Assembly (NCBI RefSeq): GCF_001194135.2
Contig: NC_068990.1
Coordinates: forward strand, 66,910,584 to 66,946,173
Direction of reading: 5' to 3'
From: Octopus bimaculoides
Lineage: Eukaryota
DNA length: 35,590 nt
Below, piece after piece: positions 1 through 11,299 of the stretch (positions within the stretch are counted from its first letter, which is position 1; every line of letters begins with the position of its first letter). The notes beneath the pieces are model-generated. The model was not told where the DNA came from. It did no database searches and saw nothing but the letters and a program-made list of their open reading frames with translations. The position numbers and the translations under genes are program-made.

Positions 1-39
<39 letters not shown>

Positions 40-320
40 ATATATATATATATGGTGTTTAGTATATTTGTACATACATATTGAAGAATGAGCACTTCAG
101 GCAAATATGTGTTTCGTGCCCTTCCATCGCCACCCTACAACCCACATCACATTTCTCAATCTTTTCTTGATTGTTAAAAGGAATGACAGGAACAGCCCTT
201 AGGTCTAGAAACTTTCTGCATGCATTTTAACTAATTTATAACTATTATTAGCTGAACATAATCACATTAATAGTCATTCTTTTCTGAAAGACTTTAATGT
301 AACAATTATCATTGTTGTTG

Positions 321-378
321 TCGTTATTATTATTATTATTATCATTATCATCATCAATATTATTTCTATTGTTGTTGC

Positions 379-427
<49 letters not shown>

Positions 428-428
428 T
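321..428. repeat. (ATT)n/(GTT)n/(ATC)n microsatellite
   Basis: Direct trinucleotide runs; explains the poly-N ORF at 248-448. Confidence 0.95.
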
Positions 429-939
429 AAGTGAATTCTATTAATCAAATTTTCTAATATTCAAAGAATATTTCTGGGCCACTAGTTTTAATGTAGTGGA
501 TTTATATATATTAAAGTTGAAAATTCTTGCTAATATTGCAGTTGTGTTTAGTTGTTATTGTTGTTTTTTCTGGTCGTCATGAGGTATCTATGATGGTTGG
601 TAATGTTAGTTTTATTATTATTCATTCTCTGCTTTTTTTTTTTTGTTGTTGTTGTTGTTACTGTTGTCAGATGAAGACATGGTGCAGTACAATGTTCTCA
701 GTAAATGGAATCTTATGACCAGTTTTTTTTTTTTTTGTTTTTCTTTTCTTTTAAAATCCCTTGTTAGTAAGGCATCTCTTCTGTGAATATCTTTGCAAAA
801 TTGAAAGATGCCAATTTAACTCTTTCACTTCATATTTACACCATGGTCTGTTTGTTGTTGCTTTACTTTCTCTGAAAGACGAAGTTCTTAAATTTCTTTT
901 ATTTATTTATCATCATCATCCCTATTATTACTGTTGTTG

Positions 940-988
<49 letters not shown>

Positions 989-989
989 G

Positions 990-1172
990 AAAGCTGCAAG
1001 CTTGCAGAATTTTTCACAAGCCAGGCAAAATGCTTAGTTGCATTTCTTCTAGCTCTTTATGTTCTGAGTTTAAATACCAACAAAGTCCACCTGTTGAACG
1101 ATAGGATTGATGCAGTTGATTTCTCCCTCCCATCAGAATTGCTGGCCTTGTGACAAAAATTATAAAGAATTA
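990..1172 (+). mobile_element. tRNA-derived SINE, degenerate (family A: ggcgagctggcagaa...gactttgcctttcatcc...ggccttgtg)
   Basis: Matches other copies in the window: gcagaa head, gcaaaatgcttag, gttctgagtt, ggccttgtg tail. Preceded by (ATT)n at 941-988. Confidence 0.75.
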
Positions 1173-1213
1173 TTATGATTATTATTATTATTATGATTAT
1201 TGTTGTTATTATT

Positions 1214-1415
1214 AAGGTGGTGAGCTGGCAGAATCATTAGAGTGTGGGGCAAAATGTTTCATAGAATTTCGTCTGTCTTCATGTTCTAAGATCAAGTTCT
1301 GCTGAGATTGACTTTGCCTTTCATCCCTCCGTGCCAGTTGAGTAATAGGACCAATGTACCCAACTTAACTCTCCTCCCAAATTACTGGCCTTATGCCATA
1401 ATTTGAAACCATCAT
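1214..1415 (+). mobile_element. tRNA-derived SINE, family A
   Basis: aaggtggtgagctggcagaatcattag...gactttgcctttcatcc...ggccttatgcc, shared with more than 10 copies in the window. Confidence 0.85.
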
Positions 1416-1754
1416 TATCCTGCAGATATTTTAACATCGGTATTTTATGCCTTAATATCATGTTATTATAAAAATGAAATAACTATTTTGTCATAGTTCA
1501 GCTTTCATACAGAATTAGGAAACAGTAAAAAAAAATATCTTATTGAGTATCAATAACAGAGAAGATTTTGGTCTTATTTTATTTATGAATAATTTTTGTT
1601 CTTCATGATTAAACCAGTCTGTGGTGTCCCAATAAATTCTGGCAATCATTTTAAAACAATAATTGGTTATGCATTTTCTCCATAATTATTAGTTCTTAGT
1701 AGTATACAAAGTTTGAAAAACTATTCCAAGAGATAGATTTACTTGCTAAAAACA

Positions 1755-1779
1755 TGTATGTATTATGTATGTCTGTATG

Positions 1780-1813
<34 letters not shown>

Positions 1814-1847
1814 TGTGTGTGTATGTATGTATGTATGTATCTATCTA

Positions 1848-1918
<71 letters not shown>

Positions 1919-1975
1919 GCACACACATACATACATACATAAACATACTAATATATACATACATACATACATATA
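1755..1975. repeat. Compound (TATG)n-(CT)n-(TA)n-(CATA)n microsatellite
   Basis: Direct observation. Confidence 0.95.
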
Positions 1976-2725
1976 TGTATTATGTGATAATATAAATGCT
2001 AATGGTTTGTAGCAACATACATTAGAAGAATTTGGTTTTTGAAACATAAGCTTCTTTACTGTTAGCCAATGAAGGAAACATAATCCTTCTAAATAGAATG
2101 TTATAAAAAATATATATGAGCAAATGTTGCAAACTTCCTTCATTTGTATTATAGTTAATATGATTCTTATTCTAGTCTCATGAATGTATATTTCTATCAT
2201 TATATTCTTAAGACTATAGACAAGACAAGTAACTTGTTTATATGAAAATACAGTAAATAACAATTTTGTCTGTTTAGGATCAAAAAGTTATGCAATAAAT
2301 TCACAAAGCAATGTATCTTCCCATAGTGTAACCACACAAACTGGAAATGGTTCACAGGAGAGGTTGTCAAATCAAAAATAGACTTAAGAAATATGGGAAA
2401 CATTAAATTTGAAACTTCCTTGTAATAGGTTTAAAAATCCTATAAATGATTCAGCATTTATAGAGTTTTGTCTGCAAGGCAAGGAAATTGGTAAAATTTC
2501 CTTTTTAAGTCTTTCCTACGACAAAAATAAGTCCTTTTGTTAAATAGATGCTTTATTCATAGTGAAAAACATACATGAAAGTATATCTTGTATAAAAATA
2601 TTTTCAAGATATTTAATGTTTTTATTTTGAAGTTTGGAGTTGGTAATAAATGGTGAGTAATGAAAGAAGTGTTAGAAAAATTTCTGTGGATTAGTAAGTC
2701 AGTCTTTGGGAGTGTGACTTAATAA

Positions 2726-2933
2726 TAATCCATTCTGTTATAAGCACAAGGCCTAAAATTTGCGGTGAGGGGTCTAGTTGATTACATCAACCCAAGTGCT
2801 CAACTGGTACTTAGTCAATTCCAAAACGATGAAAGGTACAAGCAACTTCAGCAGAATTTGAACTCAGAATATAAAGACAGAAGAACTGCTAAGCATTTTG
2901 TCCAATGTGCCAACAATTCTGCCAGCTCATGCT

Positions 2934-2935
<2 letters not shown>
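2726..2935 (-). mobile_element. tRNA-derived SINE, family A
   Basis: Reverse complement of the family A consensus (aattctgccagctc, ctaagcattttg, gatgaaagg, cacaaggcc). Abuts (ATA)n at 2936-3009. Confidence 0.85.
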
Positions 2936-2986
<51 letters not shown>

Positions 2987-3087
2987 TATAATAATAATAA
3001 TAATAATAGTGTCACCTTAGTCTGCTGGCTGTGGACACCTGACACTTTCCATCATACCCAGCAAAATAACCTGTGAGTTTTCATCGC

Positions 3088-3136
<49 letters not shown>

Positions 3137-3166
3137 TAATAATAATAATGTCCCTTAGGTATCTTC

Positions 3167-3249
3167 AGCCTGATGAGTAGCTAGTGGAGTACCCCTCGTT
3201 GGGTTATTATTACATCAGAGGATCTGTTATCTAGGAAACATATGTAGTT
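3167..3249 (+). ncRNA. Candidate degenerate type I hammerhead ribozyme with long helix II
   Basis: agc-CTGATGA(3170-3176)-GTAG...58 nt...CTAG-GAAA(3235-3238)-CATATG(palindrome)-T-A-gtt. G10.1 faces G instead of C, and helix I is only 3 bp. Confidence 0.5.
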
Positions 3250-3324
3250 TAGATTTTACCTGCTCCAGTCCCTCAATTTGGATTTTTATTCGCATTCATA
3301 ACAACTCAAGTTGCAAACTGTGGA

Positions 3325-3630
3325 CTAGTCCGATTTGGCATGATTTCTATGGCTGGATGCCCTTCCTAGCACCAACCACTTCATAGAGTGTGTTGGGTGC
3401 TTTTATACGGCATCACACAGGCATTTTATATAGTGCCACATGGGTGCTTTTACATGACACCAGCCCAAGACTCTTGCAGATCAATCCTAACCACCCGTCG
3501 GGAACCGGTCTTAATACTTTTGCTGTGGAGTATGAGTCTTCTTGAGTATAGTGAGGCACCAGGCATCTCAGTCCTTTGTCGTCTTGCTTGAAAGGTTCAG
3601 CAGGCTGAGGTCATTTTTCAGTACTTCATC
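3325..3630 (-). mobile_element. RTE-3'-tail-related repeat
   Basis: ggctggatgcccttcctagcaccaaccact...gggtgctttta is the reverse complement of the RTE 3' region; related copies at 20640 and 23690. Confidence 0.65.
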
Positions 3631-3726
3631 CTATATATGTGTGTGCGTGTGTATGCATATACGTGGGCATGTATTTATGTATATTTAGTTGCTATAATGA
3701 ATATATCCATTGGATTCTGTAAAATC

Positions 3727-3784
3727 ATCCAACCTATACCAGCATGAAAGACAGATGTTAACTGATGACGACGATGATGATGAT
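3727..3784 (+). mobile_element. Short RTE 3' tail with (GAT)n
   Basis: ccagcatgaaagacagatgttaa followed by (GAT)n; same tail as at 17480-17525 and 19025-19058. Confidence 0.65.
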
Positions 3785-4340
3785 GGGACAGCCTAAAATT
3801 GCAAAGTCTCTATTCAGAAGTTTGATAATAAATGATACAATTTCTATGACACTTCGTACAAGGAAAGATATGAAATGAAACAAAACATTTCAATAACTAA
3901 AAAACCTACATCTTATATGAAGTGATTTCTGTTGCATATATGAAAAATTCCAGTTTCATTTGAATCTAAATGTTTGAAGAAGTGATGCTTATTCATTTCC
4001 TAATGGCATTAACAACATAACCAAAAAATATAGCTATGACTAAGAATTGTAATTTAGTTGGTAAGTTTTCTAGAGGCTAATGTTTACTCTGTTAAATTTA
4101 ACCATCTCTATCTCTCTATCTCACTTTCTCTCTCTCTCTCTTTCTTTCTCTTTCACATACGTAGATACATATACACACACATATATGTACATGCACATAC
4201 ATACGTACTTAAACATGAACGTAATTATCCAATATTTTTAGAAAAATTTATGAGAGATTAAATGCATAATATATAAAATTAGAACAACTGAGCCTTCAAT
4301 TATTTGCCTCTGAATTAAACTCCCAAGCATTCAGTCATTT

Positions 4341-4380
<40 letters not shown>

Positions 4381-4408
4381 CGTGCGTGCGTGTGTGTGTA
4401 TGTGTATC

Positions 4409-4478
<70 letters not shown>

Positions 4479-4510
4479 ATATATACATATATATACATAT
4501 ATATACATAC

Positions 4511-4550
<40 letters not shown>

Positions 4551-4600
4551 TATCATATACACATAACATAAATATAATGCACATACACACGCGCACACAC
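4341..4600. repeat. Compound (TG)n-(TGCG)n-(TA)n-(TACA)n microsatellite
   Basis: Direct observation. Confidence 0.95.
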
Positions 4601-4916
4601 ACATCATATGACATAAATATATACATATATATATAAACATGAACATACATGTATAAATAAATATGCATGGATATTCATTTATTGAATCAAATTTCATTTG
4701 GTGATAAATTCTGTCTATTTTGAGCAACCAATAGAGTTTTCTAGAATCCTAGCCAATATATGCATCAACATATGGGATAATGATTACTTTAGAAAAATAA
4801 AACACATGCACAAAATAAAAGCTAGACCAATATTTGTAGCAATCATTTGAACTGTGGGACAACCTTGAAGACGCTTGATACATGTTTCATTATACATGTT
4901 TTATTATTTTCTTGAT

Positions 4917-5856
4917 ACATATGATAGGTAGGGCATCGTTTCTCATTCACGCTGCTCTAGCCTTTGGATTGTCATCTTCGCTGTATGTCGCTGTGCATTA
5001 TCCTGATAGCAGAACGCCTTTCGTCTTGAAACCAAAGATGATTGTGCTTCTTCTAGCGCTGAGTTAAGCTGATTGCAGTAAATTTGCTTTGTTATCGTTT
5101 GGTTTGGGTTTAAAAGTTCAAAGTGGACTAAACTTTTCATATCCCACCAAACAGATAACAACATCTACGTGGGTGAAGACCATCATTAGCCTGGGATGCG
5201 GGTGTTTCACCTTTCCCTGCCCACTGTTTTCGGCACTTGACATTTTTATAGAGAACCCATTTCCCGTCACCAGTCACTATTTGCTCCCCAAAAGTTCATT
5301 CGTGAGACTTGACAGCAAAGAGCACGCATTCGCTCTCTGCGCGCGATTAGACTCTGAAAGTCTGTGAGGAACCTACTGACCCAATTTGCTGATTTTCTGA
5401 TGGCAAATCCAAGCTTCTCTGCTAGTTCCTCAACAGTTACGATGGCATTTTGTTCCACCAGAGTTTGCTGAACGTCCTCATCTAGAGATCTTCCAGGACG
5501 AGGCTCGTCTTCTAGGCTGTAGTTTCTGACTCGGAATTTCTGGAGCCATTGTTGATACTGGCTTACGCTTACTGTCCGATCACCATATACTGCATTAATA
5601 TTCCTCGCATTTTCCATTACGTTGTTGTCTTTGTTGAACTCATAAAGCAAAATATGCCGAATAAGCTCGTTTGTCACTTCCATTATAGCTTTGAAAAAAT
5701 AACTGTTAAAATCTTCAAAACTTGCATTAAGAATAAGAGCAATGTAAAATTACTACCTGCTTTTATAATAAGTTGATGCACGTAGTTTATCCCGTTCCCC
5801 TTCGACTTTTAATTTATGCAATTGAAAATACCGCATTATTTATGGGGTGCAATAAG
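4917..5856 (-). pseudogene. Tc1/mariner (mariner-type, SETMAR/Hsmar-like) transposase remnant, 3'-truncated, with 5' TIR
   Basis: ORF 5267-5683 has an HTH (IRHILLYEF...WLQKFR...SLEDEPRPGR) and WVSRFL, similar to WVPHEL. Frameshifted TGDGKW follows. ORF 4943-5164 has MLLSVWWD...YQDNAQRH, then a decayed WE(V)LPHPPY. TIR-like ccgcattatttatggggtgcaat at 5831-5853, about 170 bp upstream of the ATG. Confidence 0.92.
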
Positions 5857-5988
5857 TGTAAATGAGAGCAGAATATTTTGATTAAAATCATAATCAACTG
5901 ATCCTCCAGTGTTTTCTTTTACCCAAACCAGGAACTTTTCAGCATCCCCACATATACATTTTATTTCGTGTTTTTGTTTCTAAAATCT

Positions 5989-6125
5989 ATAGAGCAGGCG
6001 TCGATGTGTGGTAAGAAGTTTACTTCCTAACTACGTGCTTCTGGGTTTATTCCCACTCTATGGCACCCTGGTCGACGAAAACTTTGTGAGTGAATTTGGT
6101 AGACAGAAATTTAAAGAAGTCTTAT
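5989..6125 (+). mobile_element. CORE-type SINE head (family B), internally deleted
   Basis: gtgtggtaagaagtttacttcc...ggcacc...tttgtgagtgaatttggtagacagaaa, similar to 17684-17890; followed by a (TA)/(TG) microsatellite. Confidence 0.75.
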
Positions 6126-6257
6126 GTGTATATGTGAATATGTATATATATATATATATATGTCTACATATGTGTGTGTATGTTTGTGTGTGCGAGCGTG
6201 CGTGTGTGTGTGTTCGTGTGTTCATGTGTATGTGTATAAATATTTGTTTATATATAA

Positions 6258-6400
6258 TTAAGGATAAAATCTTTATAAGATTTTATCAAGTAGCCAGCGT
6301 GTAATAAAACCATATAGGTAACAATTAATACAAAATATATAATTATAATTATAAGGATACTAATGAATAGCGCCACACGTTAGAAACAGACGCTTAGTGG
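6258..6400 (-). mobile_element. Probable Penelope-like terminal remnant
   Basis: aaggataaaatctttataagattttatcaagtagccagcgtgt resembles the terminus at 7178-7222. Confidence 0.45.
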
Positions 6401-7121
6401 CTCTAAGAACTACATTATTTACTACATTGGCACGGGCTGTATGTATGTTTCTTTTTGTGTTTGGCCCTTAACACTTGACAACAAAGATCAGTAACTTATG
6501 CTCCTGAAACTTAGCCGTTTGGCCAGAAGAAAATAATAAATCATGTATCAATATTTTGTCTAATGATAAAAATGTTTGCAACGCATATTTTGATGACGTA
6601 GAATGCAAATGCCATAACTGCAGCAAGTTATGGAATTTCCAGCATTATCACGTGATCAAACATATTAACGCACACAAAAAATAGAAACAAAAGCAAATGC
6701 GCAAGCAACGGTTTTTTATATGCTAACGCGCACACGCATAATAAATCTAACAAGCGCACACAAATAAATAAAAACAAAAGACATTAATATATAACAGTTT
6801 TTTAAAAGAATATTGACGTCCACACGCACGTACATTATTGACTTATTGAGTCTGGTGATGATCACCCGATCGTTTATGATGTTATTGTTCTTGTGCCTAA
6901 TTCTCACCCTAAGGAAATATTCGAATCGCTATTTCAAGATGAAATTTTAAATTTATTAATTTGTAATTGAATGAGTTGAATACGGAAACAATTGTAAGTA
7001 ACAGAGAATTTTGACAATATGTTAATGAATTGAATATTATCAGTTACAGCTCTCCCTTTTCTCCTTATAATATATTATATTGAAATATGTGTATGTATAT
7101 AAATATAACACACACACACAC

Positions 7122-7175
<54 letters not shown>

Positions 7176-7405
7176 AAAGGGATAAAACTCTTTTACAAGA
7201 ATTTTATCAAGAAGCCAGTGTGTAAAAAAATTCATAAGGGAAATTTCTATTCCCAAGAATATAATTATACGTTTATATTTATATAAGGGGCATTACTACA
7301 GAATAATAATGCCACACACTGGACTTCTCAAAATAAACACATTTAGTACCGAATGCGAGGAAAAACAACCAACAGAAGAAGACCAACTTTCTTTTAAATA
7401 ACTCA

Positions 7406-7467
7406 ACTATGTATCGACCGATTTCGCGATTACTAGAATGAATCTAGACTCCGCTCATCAGCATAGT
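7406..7467 (-). ncRNA. Minimal type I hammerhead ribozyme, intact core
   Basis: Minus strand reads ACTATG-CTGATGA-GCG(..CTAGA-ttcat-TCTAG..)CGC-GAAA-TCG-GT-CGA-T-A-CATAGT. Helix I is 6 bp; cleavage triplet AUA, site between 7412 and 7411. Confidence 0.85.
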
Positions 7468-7747
7468 ATTGTTTATGAAAAACATACAAATAAACAGAAT
7501 TCTCACTTTACCAAAAACGAACACTCTCCATATCCGACCAAGCAAAGGGAATTGAAGTTTATCTGTATAAATCTTCAGCAAAGAAGCGGGAAATACAACT
7601 GGGTTGTCTTGGCACATATGTTGAGACAGGAATAAAACAATTCAGCATTGAATATATTCCGTGTGTATATTTGATTAATAAATTCAAAAAAGGATAAAAC
7701 TCTTTTACAAGAATTTTATCAATACGTATATGTTTTTCATAAACAAT

Positions 7748-7809
7748 ACTATGTTGATGAGAGGAGTCTAGATTCATTCTAGTAATCGCGAAATCGGTCG
7801 ATACATAGT
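7748..7809 (+). ncRNA. Hammerhead ribozyme copy with mutated core
   Basis: Same as 7406-7467 but TTGATGA (C3 to U) and GAG instead of GCG in helix II. Confidence 0.75.
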
Positions 7810-7949
7810 TGAGTTATTTAAAAGAAAGTTGGTCTTCTTCTGTTGGTTGTTTTTCCTCGCATTCGGTACTAAATGTGTTTATTTTGAGAAGTCCAGTGTG
7901 TGGCATTATTATTCTGTAGTAATGCCCCTTATATAAATATAAACGTATA

Positions 7950-8634
7950 NNNNNNNNNNNNNNNNNNNNNNNNNNNNNNNNNNNNNNNNNNNNNNNNNNN
8001 NNNNNNNNNNNNNNNNNNNNNNNNNNNNNNNNNNNNNNNNNNNNNNNNNNNNNNNNNNNNNNNNNNNNNNNNNNNNNNNNNNNNNNNNNNNNNNNNNNNN
8101 NNNNNNNNNNNNNNNNNNNNNNNNNNNNNNNNNNNNNNNNNNNNNNNNNNNNNNNNNNNNNNNNNNNNNNNNNNNNNNNNNNNNNNNNNNNNNNNNNNNN
8201 NNNNNNNNNNNNNNNNNNNNNNNNNNNNNNNNNNNNNNNNNNNNNNNNNNNNNNNNNNNNNNNNNNNNNNNNNNNNNNNNNNNNNNNNNNNNNNNNNNNN
8301 NNNNNNNNNNNNNNNNNNNNNNNNNNNNNNNNNNNNNNNNNNNNNNNNNNNNNNNNNNNNNNNNNNNNNNNNNNNNNNNNNNNNNNNNNNNNNNNNNNNN
8401 NNNNNNNNNNNNNNNNNNNNNNNNNNNNNNNNNNNNNNNNNNNNNNNNNNNNNNNNNNNNNNNNNNNNNNNNNNNNNNNNNNNNNNNNNNNNNNNNNNNN
8501 NNNNNNNNNNNNNNNNNNNNNNNNNNNNNNNNNNNNNNNNNNNNNNNNNNNNNNNNNNNNNNNNNNNNNNNNNNNNNNNNNNNNNNNNNNNNNNNNNNNN
8601 NNNNNNNNNNNNNNNNNNNNNNNNNNNNNNNNNN
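7950..8634. other. Assembly gap
   Basis: N run. Other gaps: 12106-12192, 16696-16732, 17776-17785, 18252-19024, 19740-19874, 22140-22284. Confidence 1.
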
Positions 8635-8929
8635 ATATAATTAGAAATATTGCATTTCTAAATCTCTCAGACAGACTTATACAGTAGCAGCACGATAAAG
8701 TGATGGTTTGTTGCCAACTTAATGTGGCAGTCCCAGGAAAGGGACGAATGCTACTGCTATTTAGCCCCAGGAAACACCGTTTCCAGTTGGCTATGTGACA
8801 CAAGCGTTCTATGTCCTTAAGTTTTCAAACAAGGGAGATAAGCACCTCCACCCAGCAAAGCTAGCGTCACTTGAAATTCTATAAGTTTTCATAGGCAAAT
8901 AAGCATCGACAGCTAGCAAGCCAAGCTGG

Positions 8930-8972
8930 TCCATACTGATGAAGAGCGATGGTTCTGAAACTAGTCTCTGGA
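8930..8972 (+). ncRNA. Minimal type I hammerhead ribozyme, 43 nt
   Basis: TCCATA-CTGATGA-AGAGC-gatg-GTTCT-GAAA-CTAG-TC-TCTGGA. Helix II is 5 bp, helix III is the palindrome CTAG, GUC site after 8966, helix I is 5/6 bp. Confidence 0.75.
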
Positions 8973-9138
8973 TGCTGTACAAGAAATAGACTGGTCAACA
9001 ACTATTGAAGTGTTTGCAAGAAGCAACGAAAATTTTAGAAAAAATAAATGAGGGGGAATCGACCTGGTAAATGTGTTAATTAATAAGACATTAAAACAGA
9101 ATGACTCTTCCCAGACACTATAATATATATATATATAT

Positions 9139-9227
<89 letters not shown>

Positions 9228-9242
9228 GAAGCATACACACAC

Positions 9243-9480
9243 GTGGCGGTGAGTTGGCAGAAACGTTAGCACGCCGGGCGAAATGCTTAGAGGTATTTCG
9301 TCTGCCATTACGTTCTGAGTTCAAATTCTGCCAAGGTCGACTTTGCCTTTCATCCTTTCAGGGTTGATAAACTAAGTACCAGTTACGCACTGGCGTCGAT
9401 ATAATCAACTTAATCCGTGTGTCTGTCCTTGTTTGTTCCCTCTGTGTGTAGCCCCTTGTGGGCAGTAAAGTAATAAGAAA
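9243..9480 (+). mobile_element. tRNA-derived SINE, family A (well preserved, CpG-retaining)
   Basis: ggcggtgagttggcagaaacgttagcacgccgggcgaaatgcttag...gtcgactttgcctttcatcctttc...aagtaccag. Confidence 0.92.
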
Positions 9481-10081
9481 CACACACATACACATACATA
9501 AAATTACATCATCCAAGAAACATTTTAGTCATTTAAGAACAAAAATAAACATTACAATAATTTTCATTTACTTCTCAATATTGCAGTTTATTGTGAATTA
9601 TAAAATTGCTGTATCATACATCTGTAACCTGCCCATTGATGTATTTATATGCAGTATTATTCATTTATACATAAAACTGCATAGTAATTATACATTTTTT
9701 TCTGGAATGGATATGTTTAGTGTTCTATTATGAGGATTACTGAGAGATTGCTTGTTATGAATATATGTTTCTCAAGTAACATTACTTGCCTCAAGTACAA
9801 ATATAAAGTTTATATAACATTTTGAAATGTATCCAATTAAAATTAAATAATTAAGGGCTTTCATTATATATATATATATAAATATATAAGTGATTTTCCA
9901 AGATTAAAACTATAGAATATAAATTGAAATTAATCATAAGAAACATTGTATATTCATGTCTACAAGAATTAACAAAATTTTAATTATGATGAATTTATGG
10001 AAAACTCATTGAAGTAGGATTATAAGTAAGCATACTACACAGTTCAATATGACTAAATAAACACATACATCTAGTTGTGTG

Positions 10082-10121
<40 letters not shown>

Positions 10122-10151
10122 CACATACAGACACCTCCACACATACATATA

Positions 10152-10320
10152 TAGTGGAAGCGTAGTATTTTTCGTTCAGAATTGTAAGATTGTGGTTTCA
10201 TTTCCAGGACCAGATGATGCATTGTATTCTTGAGCAAAACACTTCATTTTACACTGCTCCAGTCTGCTAATTTGTCAAAAATGAGTACACATGTGATGGA
10301 CTGGTAGCCTGTCCAAGAGT
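10152..10320 (+). mobile_element. SINE family C with CORE-like and V-domain-like segments
   Basis: Degenerate tRNA head (gtggtttcatttcc), ttcttgagcaaaacacttca (CORE-like), gatggactggtagcctgtcca (V-like). Domain names are from recall. Confidence 0.55.
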
Positions 10321-10394
10321 TAAAATATATTCACTTCAGAATTCAGGAAAGCGGCCTTTTTTGTATATATACAAGACATTTGGGAATTATGAAG

Positions 10395-10513
10395 GACAAC
10401 CAGCTGTAGAAAACATGCCATGGCTTGGCACTGGAGCTCAGTGCAGCCTTGAGGCTTGATGGAGCCTGTTAAAACATCTAACTCATGCCAGCATGACAAA
10501 TGGGTGTTAAATG
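10395..10513 (+). mobile_element. RTE 3' tail fragment
   Basis: ccagctgtagaaaac...catgccagcatg...tgttaaatga. Confidence 0.65.
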
Positions 10514-10945
10514 AAAGCACATGGCTCAGTGGTTAGAGCATAGGGCTCACAATCTAATATATAATGAGTGTTGTATTTTTATATATCTATATCTATATAT
10601 ACATATATATACATTTGTCCAAAATCATGCAGTTGGTGGGAGTAAGAGAAAGAGTAGTATAAGTGAAGGGAGAGGAGAGAAAATAGTAATTCAGTGAAGG
10701 AGAAGTAGTGAGAGTAATAGCCATGACTGAGAGGGAGCGAGAGAAAGTGATAGCGATGAGAGGGAGAGGAAGTGGCAAAGAGAGTGTTGCTGCAAAGGGT
10801 TCTCATTTCACAAGCGAAATGTTTTGTTTACATTTTACGAAGATTATTTTCTCTAATATTTCAGTTCCAATGTGTGTGCGTATATTTACTGTATATAGTG
10901 TTTGTTGGCGGAGGTAAAGAATACACACGCCATCTGTTTTTGGCA

Positions 10946-11015
10946 TAACCCTAAATCTAATCCTAATCCTAACCCTAAATCTAAACCCTAACCCTAACCC
11001 TAACTCTTGCCCTAA
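10946..11015. repeat. Degenerate interstitial telomere-like (CCCTAA)n tract
   Basis: About 11 units: taaccc taaatc taatcc taatcc taaccc taaatc taaaccc taaccc taaccc taactc ttgccc. Confidence 0.9.
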
Positions 11016-11299
11016 ACATCGTCTTTGTTATCAGTTCACTGATACTTTTAGTCATTCGTATTCTCATAACTTATTTACGGTATATAGTCTTTGTTATCCA
11101 TACACTGATACTCTTTCTTCTGCTCTGGAGAATGAAACAGACAGAAGGTGACTGTTAGCCAGAGAGAGAGAGAGACAAAGGCGAAGAACAGTCAGTCTCA
11201 CTCGGAAAGAACTGGATGCAAGAAAATTACAAAATAGATTAAAAACATATTATTAAATTAATCACAAGAAATGAGACAAGAGAGAAGAGCACAAGATGC

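Larger units (their letters stand above)
7171..7949 (-). mobile_element. Penelope-like pseudo-LTR cluster with inverted and partial direct copies
   Basis: About 221-bp inverted repeat, 7266-7487 vs 7729-7949, with 2 visible substitutions; it runs into the gap. About 40-bp direct repeat, 7171-7211 vs 7683-7722. Hammerhead motif in each arm. This arrangement is typical of PLEs. Confidence 0.75.

Noticed and set aside
85-230. Open minus frame KFLDLRAVPVIPFNNQEK...HICLKC
   Set aside because: No convincing splice acceptor, no recognisable homology and no partner exons.
755-875. Possible terminal exon on the minus strand (ESKATTNRPWCKYEVKELNW...)
   Set aside because: A tttcag acceptor exists, but the peptide is unrecognised and no upstream exons were found. 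RNA-seq would be needed.
4757-5784. tgcatcaac.tat inverted match as mariner TIRs
   Set aside because: Short match. The transposase breaks off at about 4917 and a better TIR-like sequence lies at 5831-5853.
7814-8803. Long ORFs spanning N runs (also 18136-19099)
   Set aside because: Open only because N codons are not stops.
10946-11015. True telomere or chromosome fusion site
   Set aside because: Short, degenerate, single orientation and adjacent to a Helitron.
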